UHGV virus genome: UHGV-0007927
Origin: a virus
Length of the DNA stretch: 36,970 bases
Strand: one strand, 5' to 3'
Shown in pieces: positions 19,298-31,221 of this stretch; the first letter of the stretch is position 1; each line of letters opens with the position of its first letter. The position numbers and the translations under genes are program-made. Below the pieces are notes generated by a model. It did not search any database, was not told the DNA's origin, and worked only from the letters and a program-made list of their open reading frames with translations.

Positions 19298-21498
19298 TGG
19301 CTGATGATAGAAAGATGACTGACTGGCATCGCAAGGTGCTGTGCAACTTTGATAATGCCTGGTCAGCAACGCAGGATATGCGTGAGCAGATTATTGAGGC
19401 TCAACGTTTCGTCCGGGTATCCGGCGCACAGTGGGAAGGCAGCACAAACGCTGGTTACTCATTTGATGAAGGAAGGTTTGAGCATTACCCGCGCTTTGAA
19501 CTGAATAAGATTGCCCGTGAATGTGATCGCATCATTGGCGAGTATCGACAGAATCGCATCAGCGTTAAATTCAGGCCGAAGGACGATAAGGCATCGGAAG
19601 CGTTAGCCGAAAAGATGAACGGCAAATTCCGCGCTGACTATCAGGAAACATCCGGTGGCGAAGCGTGTGATAACGCATTTGATGATGCTGTAACGGGCGG
19701 ATTCGGTTGTTTCCGCATGTGTGCCGATTACGAAGATGAAATGGATCCGAGTAACGAGCAACGCCGTATAAGCCTTCTCCCGGTTTACGACCCAGCGACA
19801 TGCGTCTTCTTCGATCAGGACAGCAAGCAATATGACCGCTCTGATGCTATGTGGGCTATGGAAATGTTCTCCATGACGCCTAAAGCGTTCGAGGCTGAAT
19901 ACCCTGATTCCATTGCGGCAAGCCTTTCTCGTGATGATACTGGTACTCAGTATGACTGGTCAACGCCAGATGCCATCTATGTTGGACGCTACTACGAAGT
20001 TCGCATAGAGAAGGTGAAGCTCACGGCGTGGCGCAATCCTGTCAGCGGAGAAACGGCAATCTATGATGAAGAGCAAATCAAAGATATTGTCGACGAGCTG
20101 ACCGATGGCGCATTCGAACTGATTGGTGAGCGAACGGTGAAGAAACGCCGCGTTTATTGCGGCCTTCTGTCTGGCGCTGAATGGCTGGAAGAACCGAAGC
20201 GTATTCCTGGCGAACATATTCCTCTCATCCCGGTATATGGGCGTCGTTCATTTGTTGATAATCAGGAGCGAATCGAAGGCCACGCAGCAAAAGCGATGGA
20301 TGCACAGCGTCTTGAGAACCTGATGGTTTCCATGATTGCAGATAACGCTACTCAGGCTGGCGGTGATGGCATTCCTGTAGTTGATGTTGACATGATTCCT
20401 GGCCCTCTCGCCAATCATTGGGCGGAGCGCAACAAAAAGCGCCCGGCGTTCCTGCCGATGGTAAGTCTGAAAAACAAAAACGGAGATATTACTGCGCAGG
20501 CTCAGGTCAGCAGTTATACACCTCCAACACAAATGCCTCCTGCTCTTGCCGGGCTATTACAGTACACCGGAACGGCTATTCAGCAAATTACAGGTGCGTC
20601 GCAGCTTGAGAACATGCCGAGCAACGTCGCTACCGATACCGTTGATAGCATCTTTAACAGGATGGACACGCAGTCATATATCTACATGGACAACATGGCT
20701 AAATCCATGCGTCGCGCTGGCGTTGTGTGGCTTTCTATGGCGCGTGAGGTCTATGGCAGCGATACGCCAATGCGCATCGTTAATGAGGACGGCAGCGATG
20801 ACGTGGCGCTGATGACTGGTGAAGTGGTTGACCGTCAGACAGGGCAGGTTATCGCGCTTAACGACCTTTCGCAGGGTAACTATGAAGTGACTGTCGATGT
20901 CGGTCAGTCGTTCGCTACTCGCCGTGATGCAACGGTTAAGTCGTTACTTTCCATGCTGGCACTTATCCCGCCAGGAACGCCGAAGCATGACCTTGTATCG
21001 TCGATGATTCTCGACAATATGGACGGCGAAGGGATGGACGACCTGAAAGAATACAACCGCAATCAGTTGCTTCTGTCTGGCGTTATCAAGCCGAGAACGC
21101 CTGAAGAACAGCAAATGGTTGAGCAGGCGAAACAACAACAGGCCAGTCAGCCAGATCCGGCTATGGTTGCAGCGCAAGGTCAGCTTCTTGCAGGTCAGGC
21201 TGAATTGCAGAAAGCGCAGAACGAACAAGCAGCCATTCAGGTTAAAGCATTCCAGGCACAGACGGATGCTCAGGTTGCTGCGGCAAATGTTGTGAAAATC
21301 CTCGCATCTGCCGATAGCCAGCAAAAATCTGATATCCGTGAGGCGCTGAAACTGCTCGGACAGTTCCAGCAACAGCAAGGAGATAATGCCCGTGCTGATG
21401 CAGAGCTTGTCCTGAAAAGTCAGGCGCAGGGCCATGCGCAGCGCATGGACATCAGCAGCATCCTGCAAAAATCAACTCAGCAACAACCACAGCAGTAA
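19294..21498 (+). CDS. 1: portal protein (P22 gp1-like)
   Basis: ORF starts at TTG 19282; ATG at 19294/19297 after GGAG; about 734 aa; Gln-rich C-terminal barrel region (PEEQQMVEQAKQQQASQPDPAMVAAQGQLLAGQAELQKAQNEQ...) as in P22 portal. Confidence 0.9.
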   Translation: MMADDRKMTDWHRKVLCNFDNAWSATQDMREQIIEAQRFVRVSGAQWEGSTNAGYSFDEGRFEHYPRFELNKIARECDRIIGEYRQNRISVKFRPKDDKASEALAEKMNGKFRADYQETSGGEACDNAFDDAVTGGFGCFRMCADYEDEMDPSNEQRRISLLPVYDPATCVFFDQDSKQYDRSDAMWAMEMFSMTPKAFEAEYPDSIAASLSRDDTGTQYDWSTPDAIYVGRYYEVRIEKVKLTAWRNPVSGETAIYDEEQIKDIVDELTDGAFELIGERTVKKRRVYCGLLSGAEWLEEPKRIPGEHIPLIPVYGRRSFVDNQERIEGHAAKAMDAQRLENLMVSMIADNATQAGGDGIPVVDVDMIPGPLANHWAERNKKRPAFLPMVSLKNKNGDITAQAQVSSYTPPTQMPPALAGLLQYTGTAIQQITGASQLENMPSNVATDTVDSIFNRMDTQSYIYMDNMAKSMRRAGVVWLSMAREVYGSDTPMRIVNEDGSDDVALMTGEVVDRQTGQVIALNDLSQGNYEVTVDVGQSFATRRDATVKSLLSMLALIPPGTPKHDLVSSMILDNMDGEGMDDLKEYNRNQLLLSGVIKPRTPEEQQMVEQAKQQQASQPDPAMVAAQGQLLAGQAELQKAQNEQAAIQVKAFQAQTDAQVAAANVVKILASADSQQKSDIREALKLLGQFQQQQGDNARADAELVLKSQAQGHAQRMDISSILQKSTQQQPQQ

Positions 21499-21588
21499 TT
21501 AACCCATAACGTGCAATGGCTGTCTTTATGAGGCCTGGCACCCTATTGCCTTCCGATGGGCTGAACATCGAGTAAACAGGGGTAACAA

Positions 21589-22482
21589 ATGGACCAGATG
21601 GCAGAAAACACACCAGAAGTTGAAATCGAAACCGATACATCAGAGCAGATTCCTGATGATGTCGAACTGGCTGAAGAAGTCGAAACAGAAGATGGCAGTG
21701 AGTCCTCCGGCAATGATGCAGAGGAAGCTACTGAAACTGATGACGACGAATCAGAGCAGGAATTCTACTTTGGTGATGAAAAGCTGGATTCGCCAACCAG
21801 CGAAGATAGCGCAGAGCATGGACTGGTAAAACACCTGCGCAAGACGATTAAAGAGAAAGACCGTGAGCTGAAAGAGCTGATGCGTCAGTCTCAGAAACCC
21901 GTCGAGCAGCAGCCGGTAATCACTCAACCACCGCGAATGCCAAAACTGGATGATGAGGACATCGGTTTCGATGAAGAAATCTACCAGCAACGCATGGCTA
22001 AGTGGGCAGAGGATAACGGCAAATACCAGGAGCAAGTACGAGAGCGGAAACGAGAGGAAGAGGCGCGTACCGCAACGCTTCAGCAGAAAGCAGCCAATTA
22101 CATGCAGAGAGTAAAAGCACTGAAAGTGGCTGGCTACCAGGATGCAGAACAGGCTGTACGCGAAGATGTTCCTGTTCATATTCAGGACATGATCCTTCTT
22201 GAGTCAGAGAAGCCGGAAATCGTTGTTCTGGCGCTTGGTCGCAACGCTGAACTGCGCAAGCAACTGGCAGAAGCTACCAACCCCGTAGCAATTGGTCGTC
22301 TGCTGGAACGTATCGAATCGAAGGCCAGAATCATGCCAAAAGCAAAAACCACGGCAGCCACAACCCCGACAGTTAAGGGGAGCAACGGCGCAGTAATCAA
22401 TAACCTCGACAAACTGAAAGCCAAGGCGCTGGAAACTGGTGACTGGACGCCGTATTTCGCCGCTAAAAAGGCAAAAAAATAA
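21589..22482 (+). CDS. scaffolding protein
   Basis: 297 aa, very acidic N-terminus, helical charged body, basic C-terminal helix-turn-helix-like tail (LKAKALETGDWTPYFAAKKAKK); located between portal and coat. Confidence 0.6.
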   Translation: MDQMAENTPEVEIETDTSEQIPDDVELAEEVETEDGSESSGNDAEEATETDDDESEQEFYFGDEKLDSPTSEDSAEHGLVKHLRKTIKEKDRELKELMRQSQKPVEQQPVITQPPRMPKLDDEDIGFDEEIYQQRMAKWAEDNGKYQEQVRERKREEEARTATLQQKAANYMQRVKALKVAGYQDAEQAVREDVPVHIQDMILLESEKPEIVVLALGRNAELRKQLAEATNPVAIGRLLERIESKARIMPKAKTTAATTPTVKGSNGAVINNLDKLKAKALETGDWTPYFAAKKAKK

Positions 22483-22500
22483 CCTATCGGAGCATTAAGC

Positions 22501-23754
22501 ATGGCTAACCAATTAGCAAAAGACCTTGAAATCATGTTCGAAAACTACGTTGAAGGCTTTGAGGCCGCCTGCGTAGTTTCCCGTAACGCTAAAAAATTCC
22601 GTCCAGGTGATACAGCAATGCAGCGAGCAGGTGATGTTCTGTATCGTCCGCAGCATTACCACATGAACATTGAGGAAGGCCTAGACCTCAGCGGCAAAAC
22701 GCCAACAGCACTGGTTCAGCGCCTTGTTCCTTCTGTGTTCAAGGAGCCGAAAAACATTCTGTACACTCTGGATGCGCGTGAAATGCGTGACCCGGAACAT
22801 AAAACTGAAGCTGGTCGCGCCGCAGGTATGCGCCTTGCTGCACAGATTGACTCTGACCTGATTTCCATGGTCACGCAGCGTGCTACTAACGTGATCACAA
22901 TGGCTGACTCAACCACAGGCACACAGGGACGTGATTTGTGGAACTGTGCGGCAGGTATTGATGCCACCATGACGGCGATTGGTGTACCTCAGGGTATCAA
23001 CCGTCGCTCTTTCTGGAACCCCTTCAACTATAAAGACCTTGCTGGCGAGCTTGGTCACCGTGCTTATGCTCAGGGCGCAACCCTGACAGCATACGAAAAA
23101 GCGCAGATCCCTCCGGTTGCTTCCTTTGATAGCTACAAGACCGATATTTCTGGTCGTGTTCCGAAAGGGACAGCAACTTCCATTACGCTGGCAGCAGCAC
23201 CTGCGCACAAAGTTGAAGCGAAAGATGCTAACGATATGCCAGTTGATAACCGACAGGGGACCATTACGGTATCTGCATCTGGTTTGCAGGTTGGCGATGC
23301 GTTCACTATTGCTGGCGTGAATTCCGTACACCAGATCACAAAAGATACCACCGGTCAACCGCAGGTATTCCGTGTTCTGGCAGTTAGCGGAACGACAGTA
23401 ACTATCTCCCCGAAAATTCTGCCGCCTGACAACGCGGATGTCGCCAGCCGTCCATATGCAAACGTTGATGCTAATGCGGCAAGTAGCGCAGCAATCACCA
23501 TTCTCAACAAAAATGCCGCACCGGCTAACCTGTTCTGGGCTGATGGTTCTGTTGAACTGATGTACGGCAAACTGGCGTTCCCGACTGGTCAGGGTCCACA
23601 GGTAATGACAGCAACCACCGAGCAGGGCGCTACGCTGATCATGTCTTACGCCTTCGACCACATCAAAGGCGTAACCACTGCGCGTTTCACCACTCTGTAC
23701 GGTTGCTCTGTACTGGTTCCTGAATATACGGGCATCGTTATTGCCGGGCAGTAA
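22501..23754 (+). CDS. 5: major capsid (coat) protein, P22/Sf6-like
   Basis: 417 aa; C-terminal region (...NLFWADGSVELM...) parallels the P22 coat (...NVFWADDAIRIV...); highly expressed-gene context with strong terminator downstream. Confidence 0.8.
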   Translation: MANQLAKDLEIMFENYVEGFEAACVVSRNAKKFRPGDTAMQRAGDVLYRPQHYHMNIEEGLDLSGKTPTALVQRLVPSVFKEPKNILYTLDAREMRDPEHKTEAGRAAGMRLAAQIDSDLISMVTQRATNVITMADSTTGTQGRDLWNCAAGIDATMTAIGVPQGINRRSFWNPFNYKDLAGELGHRAYAQGATLTAYEKAQIPPVASFDSYKTDISGRVPKGTATSITLAAAPAHKVEAKDANDMPVDNRQGTITVSASGLQVGDAFTIAGVNSVHQITKDTTGQPQVFRVLAVSGTTVTISPKILPPDNADVASRPYANVDANAASSAAITILNKNAAPANLFWADGSVELMYGKLAFPTGQGPQVMTATTEQGATLIMSYAFDHIKGVTTARFTTLYGCSVLVPEYTGIVIAGQ

Positions 23755-23760
23755 TTTAGG

Positions 23761-23782
23761 TGGGGCTTCGGCCCCATTTTTA
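23761..23782 (+). terminator. intrinsic terminator after the coat gene
   Basis: Hairpin TGGGGC-ttcg-GCCCCA followed by TTTTTA. Confidence 0.6.
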
Positions 23783-23795
23783 TTGGGAGAAGACA

Positions 23796-23984
23796 ATGGC
23801 ACGAACAATGCTCTATAAGCCGGGCAACATGATCACCTGTGGTCAGTTTGCTGTCGATTACATCATTGTTGATGACGAAGAAGTTAAATCTCACCTGAAA
23901 AAAGGTTGGGTAAAAACTCCTGAAGAAACCGCAACGAAGCAAAAAGTGGCTAAGGCGGAAGAAGATGGCGAAAACGAAGGGTGA
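23796..23984 (+). CDS. small hypothetical protein (62 aa) between coat and gp4
   Basis: The ATG at 23796 with GGGAGA RBS gives MARTMLYKPGNMITCGQFAVDYIIVDDEEVKSHLKKGWVKTPEETATKQKVAKAEEDGENEG (ORF-track start 23760 is upstream and lacks an RBS). Confidence 0.45.
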   Translation: MARTMLYKPGNMITCGQFAVDYIIVDDEEVKSHLKKGWVKTPEETATKQKVAKAEEDGENEG

Positions 23985-24426
23985 TCTCGTTCTAAAGGCT
24001 TTACGAAAAGCCGGGCTGTATTCCAATGCCACGTTGACAGATGCTGACCCTCAGGCAATTGAAGATGCCATTAATGACCTCGAAGACATGATGGCAGCAT
24101 GGCAGGCGAAAGGTATCGAGCTTGGATATCAGTTTGCTGATACAGAAAACGGCATCATGCCGTTACCTGACGATGATTCAGGTATCCCTGCATGGGCAAA
24201 TGATGGCGTCGCTTTGAAACTCGCTGTGCAAGTGTGCATGGATAACGTCATTCATCCGTCAGACGCTCTCCTTACCGCTGCTGACAGTGCATATCAGACA
24301 ATCTGTATCGCTTTAACCAAAATACCACCACTTGAGCGGCGAAATGACATGCCTCGCGGTAGTGGTAACAAAAGCGCGTTTACGTGGAATCGGTTTTACA
24401 TCGAGAAAGATGATCCGAGTACGTGA
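23965..24426 (+). CDS. 4: head-to-tail adaptor (P22 gp4-like)
   Basis: 153 aa; MAKTKGDLV..ALRK.G....ATLTD..PQ...DA..DLE.MMA.W pattern parallels P22 gp4; synteny. Confidence 0.75.
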   Translation: MAKTKGDLVLKALRKAGLYSNATLTDADPQAIEDAINDLEDMMAAWQAKGIELGYQFADTENGIMPLPDDDSGIPAWANDGVALKLAVQVCMDNVIHPSDALLTAADSAYQTICIALTKIPPLERRNDMPRGSGNKSAFTWNRFYIEKDDPST

Positions 24427-24435
24427 GGTGAATAA

Positions 24436-25854
24436 ATGCCGATTCAGCAACTTCCGCTTATGAAAGGTGTCGGCAAAGACTTTCGAAACGCCGACTATAT
24501 CGACTATCTGCCAGTGAATATGTTGGCTACACCCAAAGAAATCCTCAACAGCAGCGGATATCTTCGCTCATTCCCGGGCATTGCCAAACGTTCTGATGTG
24601 AACGGTGTATCTCGAGGCGTCGAGTACAACATGGCGCAGAATGCTGTCTATCGTGTGTGTGGCGGCAAGCTCTACAAAGGCGAAAGCGAAGTCGGTGATG
24701 TTGCCGGAAGTGGTCGCGTATCAATGGCGCATGGTCGAACATCACAGGCGGTAGGCGTTAATGGTCAACTGGTCGAGTATCGCTATGATGGTACGGTTAA
24801 AACCGTCTCAAACTGGCCTACAGACAGCGGATTCACGCAGTATGAGTTAGGCTCAGTCCGCGATATTACGCGCTTACGTGGGCGTTATGCGTGGTCAAAA
24901 GACGGAACTGATTCATGGTTTATCACTGACCTTGAAGACGAATCACATCCTGACCGATACAGCGCACAATATCGTGCAGAATCGCAGCCTGACGGCATCA
25001 TCGGCATCGGAACATGGCGAGACTTCATCGTCTGCTTTGGCTCATCGACGATTGAATATTTCTCCCTGACGGGCGCAACCACTGTTGGTGCCGCTTTGTA
25101 TGTCGCCCAGCCATCGTTGATGGTGCAAAAAGGAATCGCCGGAACTTACTGCAAAACGCCGTTTGCTGATTCCTATGCGTTCATCAGCAATCCGGCAACA
25201 GGTGCGCCGTCTGTGTATATCATCGGCTCCGGCCAGGTATCACCAATCGCCAGCGCGAGCATTGAGAAAATTCTCCGCTCCTACACTGCTGATGAACTGG
25301 CTGATGGTGTGATGGAGTCTCTGCGATTTGATGCGCATGAGCTGCTGATTATCCATCTTCCGCGCCATGTTCTCGTGTACGACGCATCTTCAAGCGCCAA
25401 TGGTCCGCAATGGTGTGTGCTGAAAACAGGCCTGTATGACGATGTGTACCGCGCTATCGACTTCATTTACGAAGGCAATCAGATAACGTGCGGCGATAAG
25501 CTGGAATCCGTGACCGGGAAACTGCAATTCGATATCAGCAGCCAGTATGACAAGCAGCAGGAACACCTGCTGTTTACTCCACTCTTCAAAGCAGATAACG
25601 CCAGATGCTTTGATCTGGAGGTGGAATCATCGACGGGTGTTGCTCAGTACGCTGACCGCCTTTTTCTCTCTGCAACCACTGACGGCATAAATTACGGACG
25701 TGAGCAGATGATTGAGCAGAATGAACCGTTCATTTACGACAAACGCGTTTTGTGGAAGCGTGTCGGGCGCATCAGGAAAAATGTCGGCTTCAAACTTCGC
25801 GTTATCACGAAGTCACCTGTCACTCTGTCTGGCGCTCAGATAAGGATTGAGTAA
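24436..25854 (+). CDS. 10: tail accessory / head-completion protein (P22 gp10-like)
   Basis: 472 aa (same length as P22 gp10); GAGGTG RBS; synteny between gp4 and the needle. Confidence 0.8.
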   Translation: MPIQQLPLMKGVGKDFRNADYIDYLPVNMLATPKEILNSSGYLRSFPGIAKRSDVNGVSRGVEYNMAQNAVYRVCGGKLYKGESEVGDVAGSGRVSMAHGRTSQAVGVNGQLVEYRYDGTVKTVSNWPTDSGFTQYELGSVRDITRLRGRYAWSKDGTDSWFITDLEDESHPDRYSAQYRAESQPDGIIGIGTWRDFIVCFGSSTIEYFSLTGATTVGAALYVAQPSLMVQKGIAGTYCKTPFADSYAFISNPATGAPSVYIIGSGQVSPIASASIEKILRSYTADELADGVMESLRFDAHELLIIHLPRHVLVYDASSSANGPQWCVLKTGLYDDVYRAIDFIYEGNQITCGDKLESVTGKLQFDISSQYDKQQEHLLFTPLFKADNARCFDLEVESSTGVAQYADRLFLSATTDGINYGREQMIEQNEPFIYDKRVLWKRVGRIRKNVGFKLRVITKSPVTLSGAQIRIE

Positions 25855-26555
25855 TGGCGGATTCGAATCTCAATGAGCCGGTAATCATTCAGGCTACACG
25901 GCTCGACACATCAATCCTTCCACGCAATATATTCAGCCAGTCTTACCTGCTGTATGTCATTAATCAGGGGGCTGATGTCGGCGCAATTGCCGGGAAGGCA
26001 AATCAGGCTGGCCAGGGCGCTTACGATGCTCAGGTGAAAAACGATGAACAGGATGTCGAACTGGCTGATCACGACGCAAGAATCACCGCAAACACAAAAG
26101 CGATAAATCTCCTTGAGGTCAGGTTAACAACTGCCGAAGGGAAGATAGTCGTACTGCGTAGCGATGTTGATTACTTGCTGGATGAGGTTATCGATATTCA
26201 GGCGCATCTGGTCACTGTTGACCAAAGACTGGATGACGTAGAAAACGATGTCTCTGGCATTAAGAGTGATTACGTATCGAAAACCGTAACCGAATTGCAG
26301 TCTCTTGCGTCACCGCTGGATGTAAAAACATCATATTCAGTTGATGGAATTCAGGTTGTTGGAGCAAGAAATACCGGATGGACTGCAGCCACAGGTACGC
26401 CACTTCTTGGCTCATTCAACGCTAACCAGTCATACACGGTCGGCACTACGTACACACAATCCGAAGTCGCAGCTCTCGCTACAGGTTTGCAGCAGGCGCG
26501 GCAGCGTACTCTGGCGCTTGAAACAGCACTTAGATTACATGGGCTGATTGACTGA
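25854..26555 (+). CDS. 26: tail needle (P22 gp26-like trimeric coiled-coil plug)
   Basis: 233 aa [73 protein letters not shown]...; N-terminal part matches P22 gp26 from memory, C-terminal tip diverges. Confidence 0.9.
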   Translation: MADSNLNEPVIIQATRLDTSILPRNIFSQSYLLYVINQGADVGAIAGKANQAGQGAYDAQVKNDEQDVELADHDARITANTKAINLLEVRLTTAEGKIVVLRSDVDYLLDEVIDIQAHLVTVDQRLDDVENDVSGIKSDYVSKTVTELQSLASPLDVKTSYSVDGIQVVGARNTGWTAATGTPLLGSFNANQSYTVGTTYTQSEVAALATGLQQARQRTLALETALRLHGLID

Positions 26556-27010
26556 TGATTACATTCAAACCAACGCGAAACATCGACCTGATCGAAGCAG
26601 TAGGAAATCACCCTGACATCATCGCCGGGAGCAACAACGGTGATGGATACGATTACAAGCCTGAATGCCGTTACTTTGAGGTGAACGTGCACGGTCAGTT
26701 CGGCGGCATTGTTTACTATCAGGAGATTCAGCCGCTGACATTCGATTGCCACGCCATGTACCTGCCAGAGATTCGCGGCTTCAGCAAGGAAATTGGGCTG
26801 GCGTTCTGGCGATACATTCTGACTAACACCACCGTTCAGTGCGTAACATCGTTCGCTGCACGCAAATTCCGACACGGTCAGATGTACTGCGCAATGATTG
26901 GCCTTAAGCGTGTAGGAACCATCAAGAAATACTTCAAAGGCGTGGATGACGTGACTTTTTACAGCGCCACACGCGAAGAACTAATCGACTTCCTGAATCA
27001 CGGGAGATAG
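26555..27010 (+). CDS. gp14-like virion assembly/ejection-associated protein
   Basis: 151 aa; assigned by position between the needle and ejection proteins (P22 order 26-14-7-20-16). Confidence 0.55.
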   Translation: MITFKPTRNIDLIEAVGNHPDIIAGSNNGDGYDYKPECRYFEVNVHGQFGGIVYYQEIQPLTFDCHAMYLPEIRGFSKEIGLAFWRYILTNTTVQCVTSFAARKFRHGQMYCAMIGLKRVGTIKKYFKGVDDVTFYSATREELIDFLNHGR

Positions 27011-27012
27011 CC

Positions 27013-27705
27013 ATGTTATATGCATTTAAGCTGGGCAGAAAACTGCGCGGCGAGGAACCTTATTGCCCTGAAAAAGGCGGGAAAGGTGGCAGTTCTGATA
27101 AAAGTGCAAAGTATGCCGCAGAAGCTCAGAAGTATGCCGCAGACCTGCAAAATAAGCAGTTCAACACCATCATGAACAACCTGAAGCCGTTTACTCCTCT
27201 GGCTGATAAGTATCTCGGCAGCCTCGAGAACTTATCGTCTCTGGAGGGGCAAGGTCAGGCGCTAAACCAGTATTACAACTCTCAGCAGTACAAAGACCTT
27301 GCAGGTCAGGCTCGCTATCAGAGTCTGGCGGCAGCGGAAGCAACAGGTGGATTGGGTTCCACTGCAACCAGTAATCAGTTAGCAACAATCGCACCAACGC
27401 TTGGTCAGCAATGGCTATCTGGACAAATGAACAATTACAACAACCTGGCAAATATCGGTCTTGGCGCTCTTCAGGGGCAGGCAAACGCCGGGCAAACATA
27501 TGCCAACAACATGAGTCAGATTTCACAGCAAAGCGCGGCGCTGGCGGCGGCAAACGCCAACCGACCGTCAGCATTGCAGCAGGGTGTTAGTGGTGCTGCA
27601 TCCGGTGCGCTTTTGGGTGGTGGCATAGCCAGTGCTCTCGAGCTATCAACTCCGTGGGGTGCTGGTATCGGTGCTGGTCTTGGTCTGCTTGGCTCGTTGT
27701 TTTAA
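27013..27705 (+). CDS. ejection (internal virion) protein, gp7-like
   Basis: 230 aa; Gln/Ala/Gly-rich low-complexity sequence typical of P22-like E-proteins; synteny. Confidence 0.65.
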   Translation: MLYAFKLGRKLRGEEPYCPEKGGKGGSSDKSAKYAAEAQKYAADLQNKQFNTIMNNLKPFTPLADKYLGSLENLSSLEGQGQALNQYYNSQQYKDLAGQARYQSLAAAEATGGLGSTATSNQLATIAPTLGQQWLSGQMNNYNNLANIGLGALQGQANAGQTYANNMSQISQQSAALAAANANRPSALQQGVSGAASGALLGGGIASALELSTPWGAGIGAGLGLLGSLF

Positions 27706-27715
27706 GGGGTAATCA

Positions 27716-29101
27716 ATGGCTACGTGGCAACAGGGTATTAATTCTGGTGGGTTTCTTGCTGGCATCGGTGCGCAAAATGAGAATGCGCCAAAGGCAAGCG
27801 ACATTAACGCAACGCTTGGTCTGATCCGCGAAAACAATGAACTGGCTCGCTCAGGTGCAAATAACGTTGGTCTGACCGCGTTACGTGGTCTGGCTGGAGT
27901 TGCTGATATTTATAAGCAGGAACAGCAACAGAAAGCGATTAATGCGTTCAATAAGGTTCATGCTGATGCATGGGCTTCTGGTGATCCATCGGGACTATTT
28001 AAGTTTGCCAAGGAAAATCCAGCGTTTGTTGCGCAGGCACAACAGGCGTTTTCCGGTCTTAATGAGCAGCAACGCAACGATATGGGCGATTTAGCCATGA
28101 GGGCTAACGTCGCTCTTTCTCAGGGACCGGAAGCCTACAGTAAATTCATTACTGACAATAAGGACAGGTTAAATCGCGTGGGGGCGAATGCTGACTGGAT
28201 GATTCAGACAGGTATCCAGAATCCAGAGCAGCTATCACACATGCTGACTACTATGTCTCTCGGTGCGCTTGGACCAGAAAAGGCGTTTGCTGTTCAGGAC
28301 AAGATGGCTGGTCGTGAAATTGACAGAGGCAGGCTGGCAGAGACAATCCGCAGCAATCAGGCTGGCGAGGCGCTTCAGGCGAGAGGGCAAAACCTTTCCT
28401 ATCAGTCAGCAATGACTGGACACGGACTTGCAGCAGAAAGACTGGCACTTGATAAGCAGAAATTCGGTTTTGAAGTACAACAGGCACAAAAGAAGGCCGA
28501 TGAACTTATTAATGCTGCGCCAAAACTATCCGTGAACATGGAAAAGGCTATAGAAAAATCAGCAGGTGATGCGGCAGCTAGTCGTAATGCTGCCGATTCA
28601 ATGACAACGCTTGCTGACACGCTTGAGAAGGAGAAGCCAACTCCTGGTTTGTTCGGTAACGCTGAAAATATGTTCACTAAGCTTACGGGGCAAGATAACT
28701 ACCTCCGAGATATGCGGATTAGATTCAACCAACTAGCCAATGCGCAGGCAACCAAGCTTCTCCCCCCCGGCCCTGCATCAGATAAGGATATTGAGTTTGC
28801 AAGGAAAGGCATTCCAAGCGAAACGGATAATCCAATGGTCATGGCTCGATGGTTAAGGGGTATGGCAAAAATGGAAAGTAATAACGCGAAGTTCAACGAG
28901 TTTAGGTCAGAGTGGATGAGTGCAAATGGCAGCCCAGGACAATCTGATCGCAACCGAAACATCATGGGGATGGATGTTAAGAAGGGTGAATCATTGAACT
29001 CTGCGGCAAAACGTTTTCTTTCCTCAAGTTATGGCGATAGCCAACCTCAACAGCAATTGTCCGATGACGAATTAATTAGCAAATATCTCGGAGGGCAGTA
29101 A
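27716..29101 (+). CDS. ejection protein, gp20-like
   Basis: 461 aa; synteny; helical Ala/Gln-rich composition. Confidence 0.65.
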   Translation: MATWQQGINSGGFLAGIGAQNENAPKASDINATLGLIRENNELARSGANNVGLTALRGLAGVADIYKQEQQQKAINAFNKVHADAWASGDPSGLFKFAKENPAFVAQAQQAFSGLNEQQRNDMGDLAMRANVALSQGPEAYSKFITDNKDRLNRVGANADWMIQTGIQNPEQLSHMLTTMSLGALGPEKAFAVQDKMAGREIDRGRLAETIRSNQAGEALQARGQNLSYQSAMTGHGLAAERLALDKQKFGFEVQQAQKKADELINAAPKLSVNMEKAIEKSAGDAAASRNAADSMTTLADTLEKEKPTPGLFGNAENMFTKLTGQDNYLRDMRIRFNQLANAQATKLLPPGPASDKDIEFARKGIPSETDNPMVMARWLRGMAKMESNNAKFNEFRSEWMSANGSPGQSDRNRNIMGMDVKKGESLNSAAKRFLSSSYGDSQPQQQLSDDELISKYLGGQ

Positions 29102-31221
29102 TGGCCTATAGTCGTGAACAGTTGATGACGGCGTTAAGGAATGCTGATGCTGCCGGCGATACTGAGGGAGCACGTCGCATTGCTCAGATGCTGTCTTCTG
29201 GTGATCAATCCACTCAAAACCAATCGCAGCCAGAAGAACAATCTCTGGTGGGAAAAGCTACTGACTGGCTCACTGGTGGTCAAAGTGCAGGGCAAATTGC
29301 AGAACAGGCTGGTCGTGGTCTGGTAAACATACCATTTGACGTATTGCAGGGTGGCGCAAGTCTGATTAATGCAATCAGCCAGGGGCTTGGTGGCCCAAAG
29401 GTTTTGGATGATGTCTATCGTCCAGTCGATCGACCGACAGACCCTTATGCGCAAGCCGGTGAAACAATTGGTGGGTATCTCCTGCCAATTGGCACAGCGG
29501 CAAAAGCTGCTGGAGCGCCAGCAAAGCTCGCTGGAGATATCGGTTCCGCAGGAAACATGATTGCAGGTTCTCTTGCTGATGCTGCAAATCAGGAGGGCGA
29601 CTTTGCACAAAATGCTGCCATTAACGGTGGTATCAATATTGGTGCTCAGGGGATACTTTCTGGGGCTGGAAGGATCTTAACCTCTAAATCACCTCAAGTT
29701 CTTGGTGGCGGGGCAATAAATTCCGCTGCTGATGTTTCGAAAATGGCAAAGTCTGGTACAGGAAGAGAGATTATTGCCAGACAGTCAGCTAATGTGTCAG
29801 ACGAAATAGCAAAAGCAGCAGATACTGCTGGAATAGATATCAACGCATTAACTCCTGGCATGAGATCAGGTAGTCGTGGTCTTGCTCAGGCGGAGGGGAT
29901 TCTGGCGTCAAAGCCCGGAATTACACAGGATGCACACACCAAAGCATTCAGTGAAATAGAGTCGAAATTTAACTCAGCATTGGATGAGTTTGGGGCTGAA
30001 GCAGGAACTGCATCAGAAAAAAGTGCAGCCATAAAACAAAGGGTTTTGGCAAGTATTGATAAAATGAAAAATTCAGAAAAGGCTGCATGGGATAGCGTCC
30101 GCTCCACGATGCCTGACGCAAAGGCCAGAATGTCAAACCTGAATGCTACAATTCAGGGTGATATTTTGGCTGGCATGCCGCTAACTCCTGAGATGAAACA
30201 ATTCGCATCTGCTTATGCTAAAACTGGTAAAAAAGGAATCACGTTTGATGCCATGAAGGCATGGCGAAGTAAACTTGCTGACGCAGAGCAGAAGTATATA
30301 AGGTCTGGTGAGGCAAATACGGCAAGGCGCATGGCTGAGCTTCGTGATGCAGCAACGGAAGATATGCGCATAATGGCTCAAAATGGCGGTTTTCTTGATG
30401 ACTGGCAAAAAGCTAATGATCTGTCAAAGGCAAGATTTACAGCACAAGAACAGGCTGAAGCAGCGTTTGGTAGAGACCTTGCAACTGATCAGTTGGTAAC
30501 TAATGGATCTAAGGCGTTACAGGGTTCAGCAAAAAGTGGAACAGGTCAGTTCCATAAAATAATAAGCGCCCTACCTGAGTCGGAACGCGCGCCAGCAATT
30601 GCATCAATATTACAAGATGCAATGTCGCAAGGGGTACGCGGAGGTAAGTCTGAAGAGGCTGGAATTAAGCATATCGCGACTATTCTTACCCCACAAAACG
30701 TGAAGGCAATTAGTCGATATTCTCCAGAACTTGGCAGGATTACAAGTTCATACGGAGAACTTGCACGAGCAGCAACAAAGCCACTTCGATATGTTGAACA
30801 GACAGGGCGATCTATGCCAGCCATTAGCACTCTTGAGAATGGCCTTCATCCAGTTTTAGAGAGCGCATTGTCTGGCGCTTTTAGAACTATTGGCACTATC
30901 GCAGGGTTCTCTGGAGGAGGCGTTATTGGAGCAATAGCGGGTGGCGCTGCAGGTGGGGCAATTGATGCAATGGCAAAAGGAGCGATAGCGAAATTATCCG
31001 CAACCAGAAGCGGTCGTTACGCTATTGAAAAGGCTGTTCAAGAGGCAACAAAGGCAGTTAAGGTTGGGGCAAGTGATGGTGCATTAGCGGCGGCGGAACG
31101 CAGATTTATGGCAAATAAGGCCGCCGTAAAAGCAATACGCGAGGCACTAGGAAACGAAGAGTTCCAGCGTTTAGCAAGAGCTGGAATTGTGGCATCGCTA
31201 AGCGGAATGGCACAGGAGTAA
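29101..31221 (+). CDS. ejection / DNA-transfer protein, gp16-like
   Basis: 706 aa; last of three consecutive ejection-protein genes; Gly/Ala-rich segment near the C-terminus ([31 protein letters not shown]). Confidence 0.65.
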   Translation: MAYSREQLMTALRNADAAGDTEGARRIAQMLSSGDQSTQNQSQPEEQSLVGKATDWLTGGQSAGQIAEQAGRGLVNIPFDVLQGGASLINAISQGLGGPKVLDDVYRPVDRPTDPYAQAGETIGGYLLPIGTAAKAAGAPAKLAGDIGSAGNMIAGSLADAANQEGDFAQNAAINGGINIGAQGILSGAGRILTSKSPQVLGGGAINSAADVSKMAKSGTGREIIARQSANVSDEIAKAADTAGIDINALTPGMRSGSRGLAQAEGILASKPGITQDAHTKAFSEIESKFNSALDEFGAEAGTASEKSAAIKQRVLASIDKMKNSEKAAWDSVRSTMPDAKARMSNLNATIQGDILAGMPLTPEMKQFASAYAKTGKKGITFDAMKAWRSKLADAEQKYIRSGEANTARRMAELRDAATEDMRIMAQNGGFLDDWQKANDLSKARFTAQEQAEAAFGRDLATDQLVTNGSKALQGSAKSGTGQFHKIISALPESERAPAIASILQDAMSQGVRGGKSEEAGIKHIATILTPQNVKAISRYSPELGRITSSYGELARAATKPLRYVEQTGRSMPAISTLENGLHPVLESALSGAFRTIGTIAGFSGGGVIGAIAGGAAGGAIDAMAKGAIAKLSATRSGRYAIEKAVQEATKAVKVGASDGALAAAERRFMANKAAVKAIREALGNEEFQRLARAGIVASLSGMAQE

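Noticed and set aside
20944-21468. 174-aa minus-strand ORF inside the portal gene
   Set aside because: Antisense to the Gln-rich portal C-terminus (hence Leu/Cys-rich); no RBS.
21751-22179. 142-aa minus-strand ORF inside the scaffold gene
   Set aside because: Antisense shadow ORF with hydrophobic low-complexity translation and no start context.
22909-23808. 299-aa minus-strand ORF overlapping the coat gene
   Set aside because: Antisense to the coat gene; Cys/Arg-rich improbable protein; would run against the late operon.
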